The notes under the pieces: generated by a model
What the model was told of the DNA's origin: nothing
The model's input: only the letters and a program-made list of their open reading frames with translations
The model's database searches: none
Translations under genes and position numbers: made by a program
In this document: in pieces, positions 1-13,854 of the stretch
Numbering within the stretch: position 1 is the first letter of the stretch
Layout: each line of letters begins with the position of its first letter
Assembly: GCA_964016885.1 (NCBI GenBank)
Contig: OZ024742.1
Coordinates: 321,160,001 to 321,224,000, forward strand
Origin: Eledone cirrhosa
Lineage: Eukaryota
DNA: 64,000 bases
Direction: 5' to 3'

Positions 1-250
<250 letters not shown>

Positions 251-253
<3 letters not shown>

Positions 254-540
254 GGCGCATGGCCCTAGTGGTTAGAGCAGTAGGCTTGCAATCGAAAGGT
301 TGTGAGTTCAATTCTCGGACCGGGTGATGTGTTGTTTCCTTGAGCAAGACACTTTATTTCACGTTGCTCTAGTTTACTCAGCTGAAAATGAGTACCAGCA
401 ATAGCTGGAGGTTTAACCCTGCGATGGACTAGCGTCCTGTCCAGGGGGCAGTCTTGTACTCTCAGTCGCTTCACGCCATGTAACTGGAATAAGCACCGGC
501 CAAATGAGCCTTCTGGCTTAAGACAGACTTTAGACTTACG
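251..540 (+). mobile_element. tRNA-derived SINE, type S2 (CORE-like central block)
   Basis: A-box-like TGGCCCTAGTGG, B-box-like GAGTTCAATTC, then CCTTGAGCAAGACACTTTATTTCACGTTGCTC shared with copies at 9578, 11698, 17560, 25699 and 63590. Confidence 0.8.
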
Positions 541-650
541 GCTTGCCCGCCCAGCCAGTGGGATGGCGTCATCGTATGGATAAAACAGCACGTGTTGTGA
601 CCAACGGCGGCGAGTGGCGCCCGACAGACTGGTCGGTCAAGGTGATCAAG

Positions 651-687
<37 letters not shown>

Positions 688-775
688 ATGTATATTTAGG
701 GTAGTGATCGATGGTGAATAGAGTGGTTGGAGCAATAACAGTCTTGTTTACACACACATACACACACACAATATT

Positions 776-818
<43 letters not shown>

Positions 819-854
819 GTGTTAGGAAAAACATACCACTTAGTAGGCGCGTAA

Positions 855-980
855 TAATGGTTTATGATTTCGGGAGGGGAACGTCAATTAAATCAACCTC
901 AGTGCATTACTGGTACATTATTTTATTGACCTTGTAAGGGTGAAAGACATAGCTAATCTCAGCAGGATTTGAACGTAAAA
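855..980 (-). mobile_element. SINE type S1 fragment
   Basis: Degenerate CAGTGCATTACTGGTAC...GTAAGGGTGAAAG...GGATTTGAAC block shared with other S1 copies. Confidence 0.65.
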
Positions 981-993
981 TAATGAGGAATTT

Positions 994-1034
<41 letters not shown>

Positions 1035-1437
1035 TGTGACGTATTTTTCTAGTACATTCTAATTATGAGTTTATGGTTAGGATCGATGCATAGTGTGTTT
1101 GGTTTCATGAGTTTTTTAATGGTGTGTTCATCCATTCTACAACCGGGGCCTATTTTGGTTCTTGTAGTATATGAAATATATGCTTTGTGTAGTTTTTATT
1201 GGTTCTGCTTCTGGTGTAGATATATCTGTCGCAGTTTCAATATAACATGTTTGAAAGAAAAACTATTCCTTACTTATATAAATACATGTGTATGTGTGTG
1301 CGAGTGTGTGTCTGTTTGTGTATGCATAAGTGTGTGTACGTGTATGTATGCATGTGTTTGCGTTTCTGTTTTTTAAAACAATCCTTCACAAATACTTAAC
1401 ATTTTTACGGTAGTTTTACTTGCTTTGTTTATTGTGT

Positions 1438-1510
<73 letters not shown>

Positions 1511-1521
1511 AAATATGATAA

Positions 1522-1787
1522 TAATGGAGCTGCGGCGCTGCAAATGGGTTACATATGAAAAAGTTTGTCCTCATCAGTGGCCATCCAACCGTCGTAGGCA
1601 TTTCGTCGCATTAAAGGCCATATACCTCAGGTTGGTGCGAGCAACGGCTAAAAAAAGTCGTTGGGACACGTAAATAAAGGGGACGCTAGGGTAAACAAAC
1701 AAAATGGTTTAAGCAGCAGAAAGAGAGGAAGAAGGAAACAAGTCCCAGATTTCTATGAATATAAATTCGGTGGAATCGTGAACGAGA

Positions 1788-1790
<3 letters not shown>
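1522..1790 (-). mobile_element. Non-coding PLE pLTR/retrozyme-like fragment (family G', relative of 28748-29845)
   Basis: ATGGAGC..GC..TGCA.ATGGGTTACATATGAA and GTTGGTGCGAGCAA shared with family G; flanked by (TA)n. Confidence 0.7.
1567..1642 (-). ncRNA. Rearranged (non-circularly permuted) hammerhead ribozyme candidate
   Basis: Minus strand reads GC UCGCA CCAACC UG AGGUAU A UGGCC UUUAA UGCGA C GAA AUGCCU ACGAC GGUUGG AU GGCCA CUGAUGA GGAC. The core is intact and four helices can form. Confidence 0.75.
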
Positions 1791-1823
<33 letters not shown>

Positions 1824-2893
1824 TAATAAAGTAATGAATAAACAAAGAAACAGTTCCTTATATTAAAAAAATTCATCATTTTACGATCGTTTCTAGGATA
1901 TATATGTGTTAGTGTTGGTATGCATATTCTATAGAACTATGTAAAATATTTATACAAACTATCAGAGGGAATATACATACCTAGACATATATATGCTGTT
2001 TTCAGAAATAATGATATTTGTTTATTGAAAAGAACAAAGATTTAATACAATAGGTCTGTTTGGGAACAGGTTTTGAATTGACCAATAGAAAGATATTGAA
2101 GGTCAAGATAGTAATATAGTAGTAAAAGAATCTTAATTTATGGGTAGAGGAAGGTAGATTACAGTTTTGGATGGAAAAGAATATTATGAATGAAAGATTC
2201 TTTTAGGGATGAGAATAGGTCGTATGCTGACCTCAGAAATAATTATATTTGTTCATTGAATAAAACCAACAAATATTTAATATAGTCTGTCTGTTTGGTA
2301 ACAGGTTAATAATTGGCCAAATGGTAAAATAGTAGTAATTGAAGTTTATTTTAGGGGTAGAAGAAGGTAGAATGGAGTGTGAAGAATGAGAAAGTTATTT
2401 TAGGGGTGAAAATAGGTCAGGTCAGTAAAAGGTATACGAACAGTTGCTGTTATAAAATAGTAATGCCAATGCAAATATCTAAGGAGACTAAAAATTTACG
2501 ATAAGAGTGTTAGTGAAAAAAATACATCCATGAAAAGAATATAAATTAATTTATTTGGTGGGTATATTTATATTGATAAAATTATACTAATGCATATAGA
2601 TATGATAAATAAGAGTTAGATGTAGTTGAAGAGTGCTGTTAAAGATGAGGGGAAATTAAAAGAATATAAAAATAATATATATATATATATATATATACAT
2701 ACACATTCACACACATACACACACACATATGTATATACATATATATATACACACACATATATACATATATATATACACATATACATACACATACATATAA
2801 TTATGGGGGGGGGGGTTAAATTTATTAGTGAGAAATAATAAATATATAGAGATTTCAAGGAACATAGAGTCATAACCTGAAATTAAAGCATTA

Positions 2894-2972
2894 TCCTTAC
2901 GGGGTCGATAAAATAAAGTACCAGTAATGCACTGGGTAATTGATGGCCTTGTGCCAAAAGTAGAAACAATTA
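2894..2972 (+). mobile_element. SINE type S1 3' fragment
   Basis: TCCTTACGGGGTCGATAAAATAAAGTACCAGTAATGCACTGGG...GGCCTTGTGCCAAAAGTAGAAACAATT. Confidence 0.75.
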
Positions 2973-3149
2973 TATATGTTTACTTAATGGTATCAGTTTT
3001 AGGAAATGATAGTTGTAAGAAGGAAAGTAAAATATCATTTACTACTATATTACTATCTTGACCTTCAATATCTTTCTATTGGTCAATTCAAAACCTGTTC
3101 CCAAACAGACCTATTGTATTAAATCTTTGTTCTTTTCAATAAACAAATA

Positions 3150-3291
3150 TCATTATTTCTGAAGACAGCATATATATGTCTAGGTATGTATATTCCCTCT
3201 GATAGTTTGTATAAATATTTTACATAGATCTATAGAATATGCATACCAACACTAACACATATATATCCTAGAAACGATCGTAAAATGATGA
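3150..3291 (+). ncRNA. Type I hammerhead ribozyme with ~105-nt stem II region
   Basis: 9-bp stem I UCAUUAUUU/AAAUGAUGA; CUGAAGA at 3159; GAAA at 3271; palindromic stem III ACGAUCGU; GUA cleavage triplet. Confidence 0.75.
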
Positions 3292-3478
3292 ATTTTTTAA
3301 TATAAGGAACTGTTTCTTTGTTTATTCATTACTTTATTAATTTATCTTGACTCTGTTTTCCGTTAATTTTCACCGAAAATAGTTTTTGAATGCATCTTCT
3401 CTTTTCATGATATCCGGATTACATTGAGTTCTTCATACGGATTGGACACTACCGTAAATTTTTGGTAGATTTATCTAC

Positions 3479-3584
<106 letters not shown>

Positions 3585-3795
3585 TCATACATACATATAT
3601 ATATACACACATATTCATACATAGATATATATATATATACATATTCATATATATATATTGTTATACTTGGGGAGGGTCATATTGTTGTAATAATATTGCC
3701 AGAAATAATAACAGAACACACTCATTGTTTTCTTGGTTTTCGTTTCTGTATCTTTTATATCTCCACAGTTAATTCATTCGGTCCTCAATGTTTAC

Positions 3796-4512
3796 TATTG
3801 AGGAGAGGTATAAGCCCATAAGCCACGGAGAAGTATAAATCCCTCATAGAACTGGACATGAAAGGAATTTGCCCATTATACAGAAGCAAATCATGGAATA
3901 GCTTAGATAGGACTAAACATAAGACAGGGAAAGCCACCTCATGGTACGACAACCAGAGATACCAGAGTGTCATGTTCGTGGACGCTACCCTTGGAGGGAA
4001 ATTAGCTAACCAGTGTAGAAAGGCCCTGAGAAAGACCCACTTAAAGATTAAAGTGGTAGAAAAGCCAGGAATTACTATAAAATCCCTGACCAGCAAAACA
4101 TACCCTTTTATGAAAACCCACTGTACTAATAGGAAATGTGTTATATGTAAAGTAAACCCCCAGATAAACTGTAAAACTAGAAACGTAGTCTATAGCATAA
4201 GATGTGCAGAGGGTACTTGCCGAAACATGACAACAACATATATAGGCGAGACAGCTCGTAGCATAGGAGAAAGGATAGACCAACACTGGGGGGAACTAAA
4301 AGGACGAAAAAACGGTTCAGTACTATACGAACACGCCAGACAATAACATATCGGTAACATAGACAACATAGAAATTAAAATAATATCTAAACATAGAAAT
4401 GACCCAGCAAATAGGCAAATCAGAGAGGTCAGTGAAATAGAACTTAGAAGGCCAAGGCTAAACATAAAAAATGAATGGAATAACAACACCCAAACAAACA
4501 ATACTGACTTAA
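3796..4512 (+). pseudogene. PLE RT-linker/GIY-YIG endonuclease remnant
   Basis: CTNRKCVIC, CKTRNVVYSIRC, YIGETARSIGERIDQH. There is a premature stop at 4346, after which RQIREVSEIELRRPRLNIKNEW continues. Confidence 0.9.
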
Positions 4513-4756
4513 GAGTAATATAAATAAATAAATAAATATATACACAAGCACAATAACAACAAACACATATAAACACACACTAGTAAACTAAGATAGAACA
4601 CAATAACCGAAACGCAGTCACCCAAACGCGAACACACACCAATCACTATACACACACGCAAACGCATGCGCAGAGAAGAAGACAAAAATAAATAAATAAA
4701 CAGATAAAATAAAAATGGCGTAGATATACAATACATCAGGAGGAACATAATAGTTC

Positions 4757-4794
4757 CACTGAGGATGTTGCAGATGTGCAACGAAAGAACTTTG
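4757..4794 (+). ncRNA. Minimal type I hammerhead ribozyme (PLE pLTR)
   Basis: CA CUGAGGA U GUUGCA GAUG UGCAAC GAAA GAAC UU UG; stem I is short. Confidence 0.7.
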
Positions 4795-5061
4795 TTAGAC
4801 TATATATATGTGTTTATATCTATATTATATCTGTATTTTTGACCGTTGATCAGTCAATGGCAAACATTGAAGACCGAATGAATTAACTGTGGAGATATAA
4901 AAGATACAGAAGCGAAAACCAAGCAAACAGTGAGTGTGTTCTGTTATTATTTCTGGCGATATTATTACAACAATATGACCCTCTCCAAGTATAACAATAT
5001 TTGTTTCGACACACGATTTCATATCAAAAACCTCGCAAAACACACATATATATATATTATA

Positions 5062-5240
5062 AAGCGTCGGGACCCGACGGCTTGGCTCTTGCCATTTCAA
5101 CAGCTAGTAACCACACTCTACTATCCCGAGGATCGAGTACTTTGTTGAGTCATGGTCGAACCAGTTTCAAACTGATTCCATCCTAAGAAACACTGTGAAG
5201 CTCTCGTATTCTACCACGCGCAACGTAGCCCAGCACATAG
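5062..5240 (+). mobile_element. Divergent family H fragment
   Basis: GGACCCGACGGC..GCTC..GCC.TTTC.ACAGCTAG and CACTCTACTA...GAGTACT shared with 48640 and 63219. Confidence 0.55.
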
Positions 5241-5452
5241 CTAGCATCAATAGGGGTAGACTTAGAAACTACACACAACCAGAAGCTGGCAATATAAGCA
5301 TCCAGCAGAGCCATGTGGAGGGAAGGTAAGGTGTCCCCGTACCCACCCTGGGAACCCAAACAGACTCAGGGACCCCCCCCCCCCACCGGGCTCAGGAGAA
5401 GACCTCGCTATAATACGGGAACTCCACATTAGGCACTCGGGGGTCGACCACC

Positions 5453-5869
5453 TCCTGCAACTGCAGAACCCCACATTATGCCCCCTTAGTAATGAATGCC
5501 TCAGGAAGAATTTAATATACGGATGTAGAGTAAAAAAACCCAACTCTGAGCACCTTTACATAGGAGCCACATCAACGAGCTTCAAAGACAGATGGTATAA
5601 CCATCGACATTCCTTTAATAGGAAAAGTACGGCTCTTTCCGAACTGATCTCGAAGCTCAAACTGGATAGGACCCCGTACTCTCTGGCCTGGTCCAAAATC
5701 AGGAAAGTACCACCTGATAGAGGGGGGATCTGGCATCTGCAAACTATGTCTGAGCGAGACACTCGAGATACTCAGCGGTGGAAGCAGCCTAATAAACCTC
5801 ACGACCGACTTCTTCGGTATATGTAGACACCTCAGGGCCGGGACCTTCCTCAAGCTATATGGACAATAA
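5453..5869 (+). pseudogene. Naiad-type GIY-YIG endonuclease, frameshifted (not in the ORF track)
   Basis: Manual translation: SCNCR / CPLSNECLRKNLIYGCRV..YIGATSTSFKDRWYNHRHSF..STALSELISKLK / ICKLCLSETLEIL..LINL..GICRH. Confidence 0.85.
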
Positions 5870-6884
5870 CAACACATTGGGATGGGAACTTCCCTCAAGT
5901 TATAGGGACAGTAGCCCCGCCACACCAAGCCCAAGGTAAACCACCCCCTACACACCCACCACCCCTACTCCCGCCTCGATCGACTCCTATAGCAACACAT
6001 GCTTATGCATATGTCAATACATAGATACTGTTGTTTAAAATTATACATACATAGATACTTACATATATATATGTATGTGTGTATGTATATATATGTGTGT
6101 GTATGTATATGATAAGTGTGTATATGTATGTGTATATATGTATATCTATATATGGAATGCGCCTGAGTCTGTGTTTGTGCGTGTGTGCTTGCAACGATGT
6201 GCGTTGACATACACGCATATGTACTTTATGTGGAAATAGAAACTGTAGTTCTTTGCATTTCCGGATTTTGACACTCAGGTTGTTGGTGTTTTACACTCCA
6301 CTTTTATCTCATTTGCTCTTAAAACGCACCACTCGATGATAAAATAAGAATTGTAATTCTTCACACTTCTCGATTCTGACACACAGGTTTTCTACTTCAG
6401 TTAATATTTTTCAAATCTTTCAAATTTTGATATTGGTTGTAACACACACGCATTTTTTATTTGTTTAGCACCCCGCCCCACCACGTGAAATAGTGGCAGG
6501 ATAGATGCCAACGTACACACACAAATTCTTCAGAACATAACAGCAGCACACTAAAGGTGACCTGCCAGCTGACCACTTAACACCACTACCACTACCAACA
6601 CAATGGAGGAGGTCAGCTGTACTTAAACATCCCGACAAAAACAACTACAACAGATTGTTTTGCCTCAGAAAAATTTCTATAGACTTTTGACTGAGGAATA
6701 TTCCCACAACTGACCAATGGTATGCGGGCGTGTCCTATGACGCCGAAATTCGTTTGTTCTAACACATATGATTCCAATTCCTCAGAGGAATAACAACACA
6801 ACCAGGAGCTGGTCATATTGATGTATTGACGGAGTAAAACACACTTCAACAACATGTGTACCTGTCTTTCCCACACCAATTCGG

Positions 6885-6939
6885 ACTGCCTGAAGAGGTC
6901 ACAGTCAATGATGGCTGTCACCGAAATATATATAGCAAT
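6885..6939 (+). ncRNA. Type I hammerhead ribozyme
   Basis: UGC CUGAAGA GGU C ACAGUCA AUGA UGGCUGU C ACC GAAA UAUAUA UA GCA; palindromic stem III. Confidence 0.75.
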
Positions 6940-7087
6940 AAATCTATAATTTATAATAAACGAAGCCAAATTTTACATATTTGACTTAATTATTTTACAT
7001 TACTCCGGAGTAAACAAACCAACCTGCCTACTTCGTCGAGTGCTCCAGTCTGCATACTGAGGTGTCGGTAAACAACCAACATATACT

Positions 7088-7147
<60 letters not shown>

Positions 7148-7358
7148 ATATTTGGGGAGGGTCATATTTGCGTAATATTGCCAGAATTAATAACAGAACA
7201 CACTCACTGTTTGGTTGGTTTTCGCTTCTCGCTGTCTTTTATTATATCTGCGATCTAACTTACTCGGTCCTCAATGTTGCCATTGACTGACCGGCGGTCA
7301 AAAATAATACAGATACAATATAGACACAAACACATATATATATAGTTTACATAATTTA

Positions 7359-7396
7359 CATAAATCTTTCGTTGCACATCTGCAACATCGTCAGTG
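7359..7396 (-). ncRNA. Minimal hammerhead (inverted-arm copy)
   Basis: Reverse complement of 8201-8238. Confidence 0.65.
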
Positions 7397-8200
7397 GTGT
7401 TATATTCATTGTTCCTCCTGTTGTGTTGTATGCCTACGCCATTTTTTATTCAGTCTGTCTATATATCTATTTATTTATTTGCTTGTTTGTTTATCTTATT
7501 TTATTTTGTCTTCTTTGCGCATGCGTTTGCGTGTGTGTATAGTGTTGTGTGTGATGTGTGACTAGTGTGTGTTTATGTGCTTGTTGTTATTGTGCCTGTG
7601 TATGTATTTATTTATCTTATTTTATTTTATTTTATTTACTTATTTATACTTCTCTTAGGTCAGTGTTGTTTGTTTGGGTGTTGTTGTTGTTCCACTCATT
7701 CTTTCTGTTTAGCTTTGGTCTTCTAATTTCTATTTCACTGGCTTCTCTGATTTGCCTATCTGCTGGGTCATTCCTATATATCTAAACATAGGAATGACCC
7801 AGCAGATAGGCAAATCAGAGAGGCCAGTGAAATAGAAATTAGAAGACCAAAGCTAAACAGAAAGAATGAGTGGAACAACAACGACACCCAAACAAACAAC
7901 ACTGACCTAAGAGAAGTATAAATAAGTAAATAAAATAAAATAAAATAAGATAAATAAATACATACACAGGCACAATAACAACAAGCACATAAACACACAC
8001 TAGTCACCCAGCAGACACAACACTATACACACTAGTCACACATCACACACAACACTATACACACACGCAAACGCATGCGCAAAGAAGACAAAATAAAATA
8101 AGATAAACAAACAAGCAAATAAATAAATATATATATAGACAGACTGAATAAAAAATGGCGTAAGCATACAACACAACAGGAGGAACAATGAATATAACAC

Positions 8201-8238
8201 CACTGACGATGTTGCAGATGTGCAACGAAAGATTTATG
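8201..8238 (+). ncRNA. Minimal type I hammerhead ribozyme
   Basis: CA CUGACGA U GUUGCA GAUG UGCAAC GAAA GAUU UA UG. Confidence 0.65.
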
Positions 8239-8501
8239 TAAATTATGTAAACTATATATATATATATATGTGTTTGTGTCTATATTGTATCTGTATTATT
8301 TTTGACCGCCGGTCAGTCAATGGCAACATTGAGGACCGAGTAAGTTAGATCGCAGATATAATAAAAGACAGCGAGAAGCGAAAACCAACCAAACAGTGAG
8401 TGTGTTCTGTTATTAATTCTGGCAATATTACGCAAATATGACCCTCCCCAAATATAACAATATCTGTTTCGACACACGATTTCATATAAAAAACCTCGCA
8501 A

Positions 8502-8557
<56 letters not shown>

Positions 8558-9034
8558 GTGTGTGTGTGTGTGGTCTTCAATTTTCCTTTTTCAAAAACAG
8601 GAAAGCCTAGTTAACGTTTTCCTAACACTCAACCAAGATATGGCTAGTCTAACAACAATTCCTTGGCAAAGTTCAGCCAAGGAAGTCAGGCAGTTATTTT
8701 ATATAGATTCTTTTGTTTATAAATAATTCTTATTAAATGTTTATGAAAATTATTTTCACCCAGCTCAATTATACGGGAAGATAGGTAGCTAGATAAATAG
8801 GTAGGTGTGTGACTATGTATATGAAAATTGATAAAATACTATTGCGGGTGTGGTTGCGTTGGGTTGTGTCATTCGGTGCAACCTTACGAATAAACAACAA
8901 ACTGGTTGCTGTTATTGTTGTTGATATTGTTTATTTTTAAAGTCTCGTCTATAGAAGTACTGAGATAGAAATCCCACTAAAGGACACATTGGACAATGTA
9001 TGTGTGGGCATGTATGGAAATACACACACACACA

Positions 9035-9109
<75 letters not shown>

Positions 9110-9401
9110 GATAGGTTTCAGTCAGGATTAGCCCAGGCCATGTCTAACTTAATAGCACCGCCAGGCAAAATATAATATATATAAATATACATGATTATAT
9201 ATATCTATGAAAGTATGTATGTATATATATACATATATATAAATATTATACTGATATCTACCTGTCTATGGTAGGGTTAATAACATTGTTAGAGCTCCAT
9301 GCAGTCCAGAAGTAACAATTTCAACGAGATCAGATGAGATTTTTGGATTCCGTTGGACATCAGATTATCTCTCTCCTTCTGTCCCCTTGCCCTTATATAC
9401 A

Positions 9402-9483
<82 letters not shown>

Positions 9484-9577
9484 TTATGAGAACAGATTAC
9501 AGTTCAAACAAAGAATCACTGCTTTCACCCTTAATAATAAATATTTGCTCTACGGATTTGTGTGTGTATGTATCGAT

Positions 9578-9787
9578 CTACTTTTGTCAAATCGGACCGA
9601 GGAAACAATGTTTCCATTGGTCTTTCCAATTGCTAATACTATCTATCGGTCGCAACTCCAGGTAGAAGGAGCAATGTGAAATAAAGTGTCTTGCTCAAGG
9701 AGATAACGCATCACCCGGTCCAGCAATCGAACTCGCAACCTCACTATTGTGCATCCAATTCTCTAACTATTCAACCGCACGCCTTCA
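9578..9787 (-). mobile_element. SINE type S2
   Basis: Reverse complement of 11698-11912; tRNA-like head. Confidence 0.8.
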
Positions 9788-9789
9788 CA

Positions 9790-10238
<449 letters not shown>

Positions 10239-10751
10239 AAAGAAATGTTAGTCTCGGTTCATCAGCGTGTGTAAAGCCATACATTTCAGACAACACTAAG
10301 AGAATTTTACAATTGACTGTCCAGCTACACGTGGGAGAGAGAAGTCACGGCGTGTTTAAGGGCAGTGAACCAGTGGCCTCTGAGGGACGAACTGCTAGAA
10401 AGGGCAGCCCAAAGCCACTCAGAGAAGTGTGCTCAACCAAAACATGATGAATCGAGACTAGACCATTTCTTTCAACAAATTTTGGTGAAACATATCTTTG
10501 GATTTGTACGTGTGTTATATAGTTATAGAGGTATTTATTTACGCTTTAATTTATATTTTTAATTATCGTGTGTATACTCTGCCTTTCATAGGTTATAGAT
10601 TCCATACACTGGTGGTTTTTCCCTGTTTTATTGATAGCGCACTGTATATCTCTCTCTGGTGTGTTACCTTTTCAACATATTGTATTTTAAAGAGCTCAGG
10701 ATTTCCTCTCCTACATTATTTACAGGGAATAGCGAGGGCCTATTTATCGTG

Positions 10752-10782
<31 letters not shown>

Positions 10783-10786
10783 TATA

Positions 10787-11644
<858 letters not shown>

Positions 11645-11697
11645 CACACACACATATATATACATATATATATATACACACACATATATATATATAG

Positions 11698-11912
11698 TGA
11701 AGGCGTGTGGCTGAGTGGTTAGAGAATTGGATTCGCAATCGTAAGGTTGTGAGTTCGATTCCTGGACCAGGCGATGCGTTATGTCCTTGAGCAAGACACT
11801 TTATTTCACGTTGCTCCTTCTACCTGGAGTTGCGACCGATAGATAGTATTAGCAATTGGAAAGACCAACGGAAACATTGTTCCCTCGGTCCGATTTGACG
11901 AAAGTCGATCGT
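11698..11912 (+). mobile_element. SINE type S2
   Basis: GAAGGCGTGTGGCTGAGTGGTTAGAG..GAGTTCGATTCC..CCTTGAGCAAGACACTT. Confidence 0.85.
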
Positions 11913-11916
11913 TCCT

Positions 11917-11936
11917 TTATATATATATATACACAC

Positions 11937-11987
<51 letters not shown>

Positions 11988-12020
11988 TATACATATACAC
12001 ATATATATGTATATATATAT

Positions 12021-12063
<43 letters not shown>

Positions 12064-12156
12064 TATATATATATATATATACACACATATATATACACAT
12101 ATATATATATATACACACATATATATATATATACACATATATATGTATATATATAT

Positions 12157-12217
<61 letters not shown>
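11917..12217. repeat. (TA)n/(CA)n microsatellite
   Basis: Visible in sequence. Confidence 0.97.
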
Positions 12218-12218
<1 letters not shown>

Positions 12219-12388
12219 TTGGCTGTGTTTGATAGTAATAAAATAATCTGCTGTTGATTCGGTAACTACGAGATTATCCGTGAAATAAATGAAACATTTG
12301 TGGCAGTAAATTTTTTTTTTTTTTGTTATCATTAAAGCTTTATAACCTAATTTAACAGACGTTAATATATGACTGCACTGGGGTTGAA

Positions 12389-12417
<29 letters not shown>

Positions 12418-12420
<3 letters not shown>

Positions 12421-13040
12421 GGTTCCTAATTTTGGCACAAGGCCAGCAATTATCCCAGTGTATTACTGGTACTTTATTTTATCGACCCTGTAAGGATGAA
12501 AGGCAAAGTTAACCTCGGCAGAATTTGAACTCAGACCATAAAGGGCCGTAACCCTATGCATCAAATCATGGCGTCCGACCTTCTACCGATACTGCCAATA
12601 CAAATAAATAAATAATTGTTTCTACTTTTGGCACAAGGCCAGCAATTATCCCAGTGCATTACTGGTACTTTATTTTATCGATCCCTTAAGGATGAAAGGC
12701 GAAGTTAACCTCGGCAGGATTTGAACTCAGATCCTGCCGAGGTTAACTTTGCCTTTCTTCCTTACGGGGTCGATAAAATAAAGTACCAGTAATGCACTGC
12801 GATAATTGCTGGCCTTGTGCCAAAAGTAGAAACAATTATCCTAATTTTGACAGGAGGTTAGCAAATCGGTGAAAGGGAAACATGCGATTACATTGACTTC
12901 AGCATTTTCCTGCACTTTATTGTATCGACTCCGTAAAGGCGATAAGAAAAAGAGATCTTGATAAGATTTGAACTCAGAACTTAAAGAGCTGAAACAAATA
13001 CCAATACACATTTCTCAGACGCTCTAACGATTCTGTCAAA
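12418..13040. mobile_element. Cluster of four SINE S1 copies (12418-12600 -, 12612-12730 -, 12731-12840 +, 12842-13040 -)
   Basis: Repeated GGCACAAGGCCAGCAATT..CAGTGCATTACTGGTAC..GGATGAAAGGCAAAGTTAACCTCGGC..ATTTGAACTCAG. Confidence 0.85.
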
Positions 13041-13156
13041 CAACAACAAAGAAAGGGAACACTGGAAAGGTCATACCCGACTGGTTATATAGAGAGGGAG
13101 TTAGTGAGTGCTGTTATATAGAGCATGACTTGTTAATGTGGATTTTTCTATATTGA

Positions 13157-13180
13157 TTATACATGTGTATGTAAGTATAT

Positions 13181-13232
<52 letters not shown>

Positions 13233-13236
13233 ATGC

Positions 13237-13275
<39 letters not shown>

Positions 13276-13277
13276 TA

Positions 13278-13334
<57 letters not shown>

Positions 13335-13354
13335 ATACATATGTATATACACAC

Positions 13355-13386
<32 letters not shown>

Positions 13387-13388
13387 TA

Positions 13389-13439
<51 letters not shown>

Positions 13440-13456
13440 ATACATATGTATATACA

Positions 13457-13494
<38 letters not shown>

Positions 13495-13498
13495 ATAT

Positions 13499-13593
<95 letters not shown>

Positions 13594-13665
13594 TATTATT
13601 CACACACACACACTATAAATATATATATATATACAAATATATATACATACATGTATATATATTTG
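13157..13665. repeat. Compound (TA)/(TG) microsatellite with a duplicated higher-order unit
   Basis: Visible in sequence. Confidence 0.95.
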
Positions 13666-13854
13666 TATAGTTGCTTTATTGTTGTTATATTAATATGGCT
13701 GTAATTAGATTGAGCGGGGAACATAATCGACTTGAGTTAGCTGGCAAACAGGGACAGAGAAAGGTACAACAGGTGGCGCTTGTGTCAACATAGCCATCAT
13801 GCTGGTCTCTTTCGTATCTTTGTCCGTCATCTTCGTTATTTTGGTCGTCATAAT

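Larger units (their letters stand above)
1821..3478. mobile_element. Fold-back non-coding PLE-like element (family A)
   Basis: About 1821-2126 is the reverse complement of about 3037-3343. The plus arm has a 3' extension to 3478, and both ends abut (TA)n. Confidence 0.75.
3657..5040 (+). mobile_element. 5'-truncated Penelope-like element with inverted 5' pLTR (family B)
   Basis: 3657-3795 is the reverse complement of 4862-5001; GIY-YIG coding remnant; hammerhead in the 3' UTR; 3' tail to 5040; (TA)n flanks. Confidence 0.9.
5240..7090 (+). mobile_element. 3' part of a Naiad-like PLE
   Basis: GIY-YIG remnant followed by a long 3' UTR with a hammerhead, ending at (TA)n. Confidence 0.75.
7142..8503. 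mobile_element. Long fold-back palindrome of a family B PLE 3' end
   Basis: 7142-7777 is inverted against 7788-8461, with a 3' tail to 8503 and (TA)n on both sides. Confidence 0.9.

Noticed and set aside
251-325. tRNA gene
   Set aside because: Only A/B boxes followed by a SINE body; the cloverleaf is not intact. The same applies at 11698 and 25699.
991-1032. Poly-T/poly-G run
   Set aside because: A simple homopolymer, possibly exaggerated by sequencing; no function can be inferred
5453-5869. Selenocysteine-type Naiad (UGA at Cys positions, SECIS)
   Set aside because: The conserved Cys codons I translated are TGC/TGT. The TGA at 60469 falls at a likely Trp position, and no convincing SECIS was seen.
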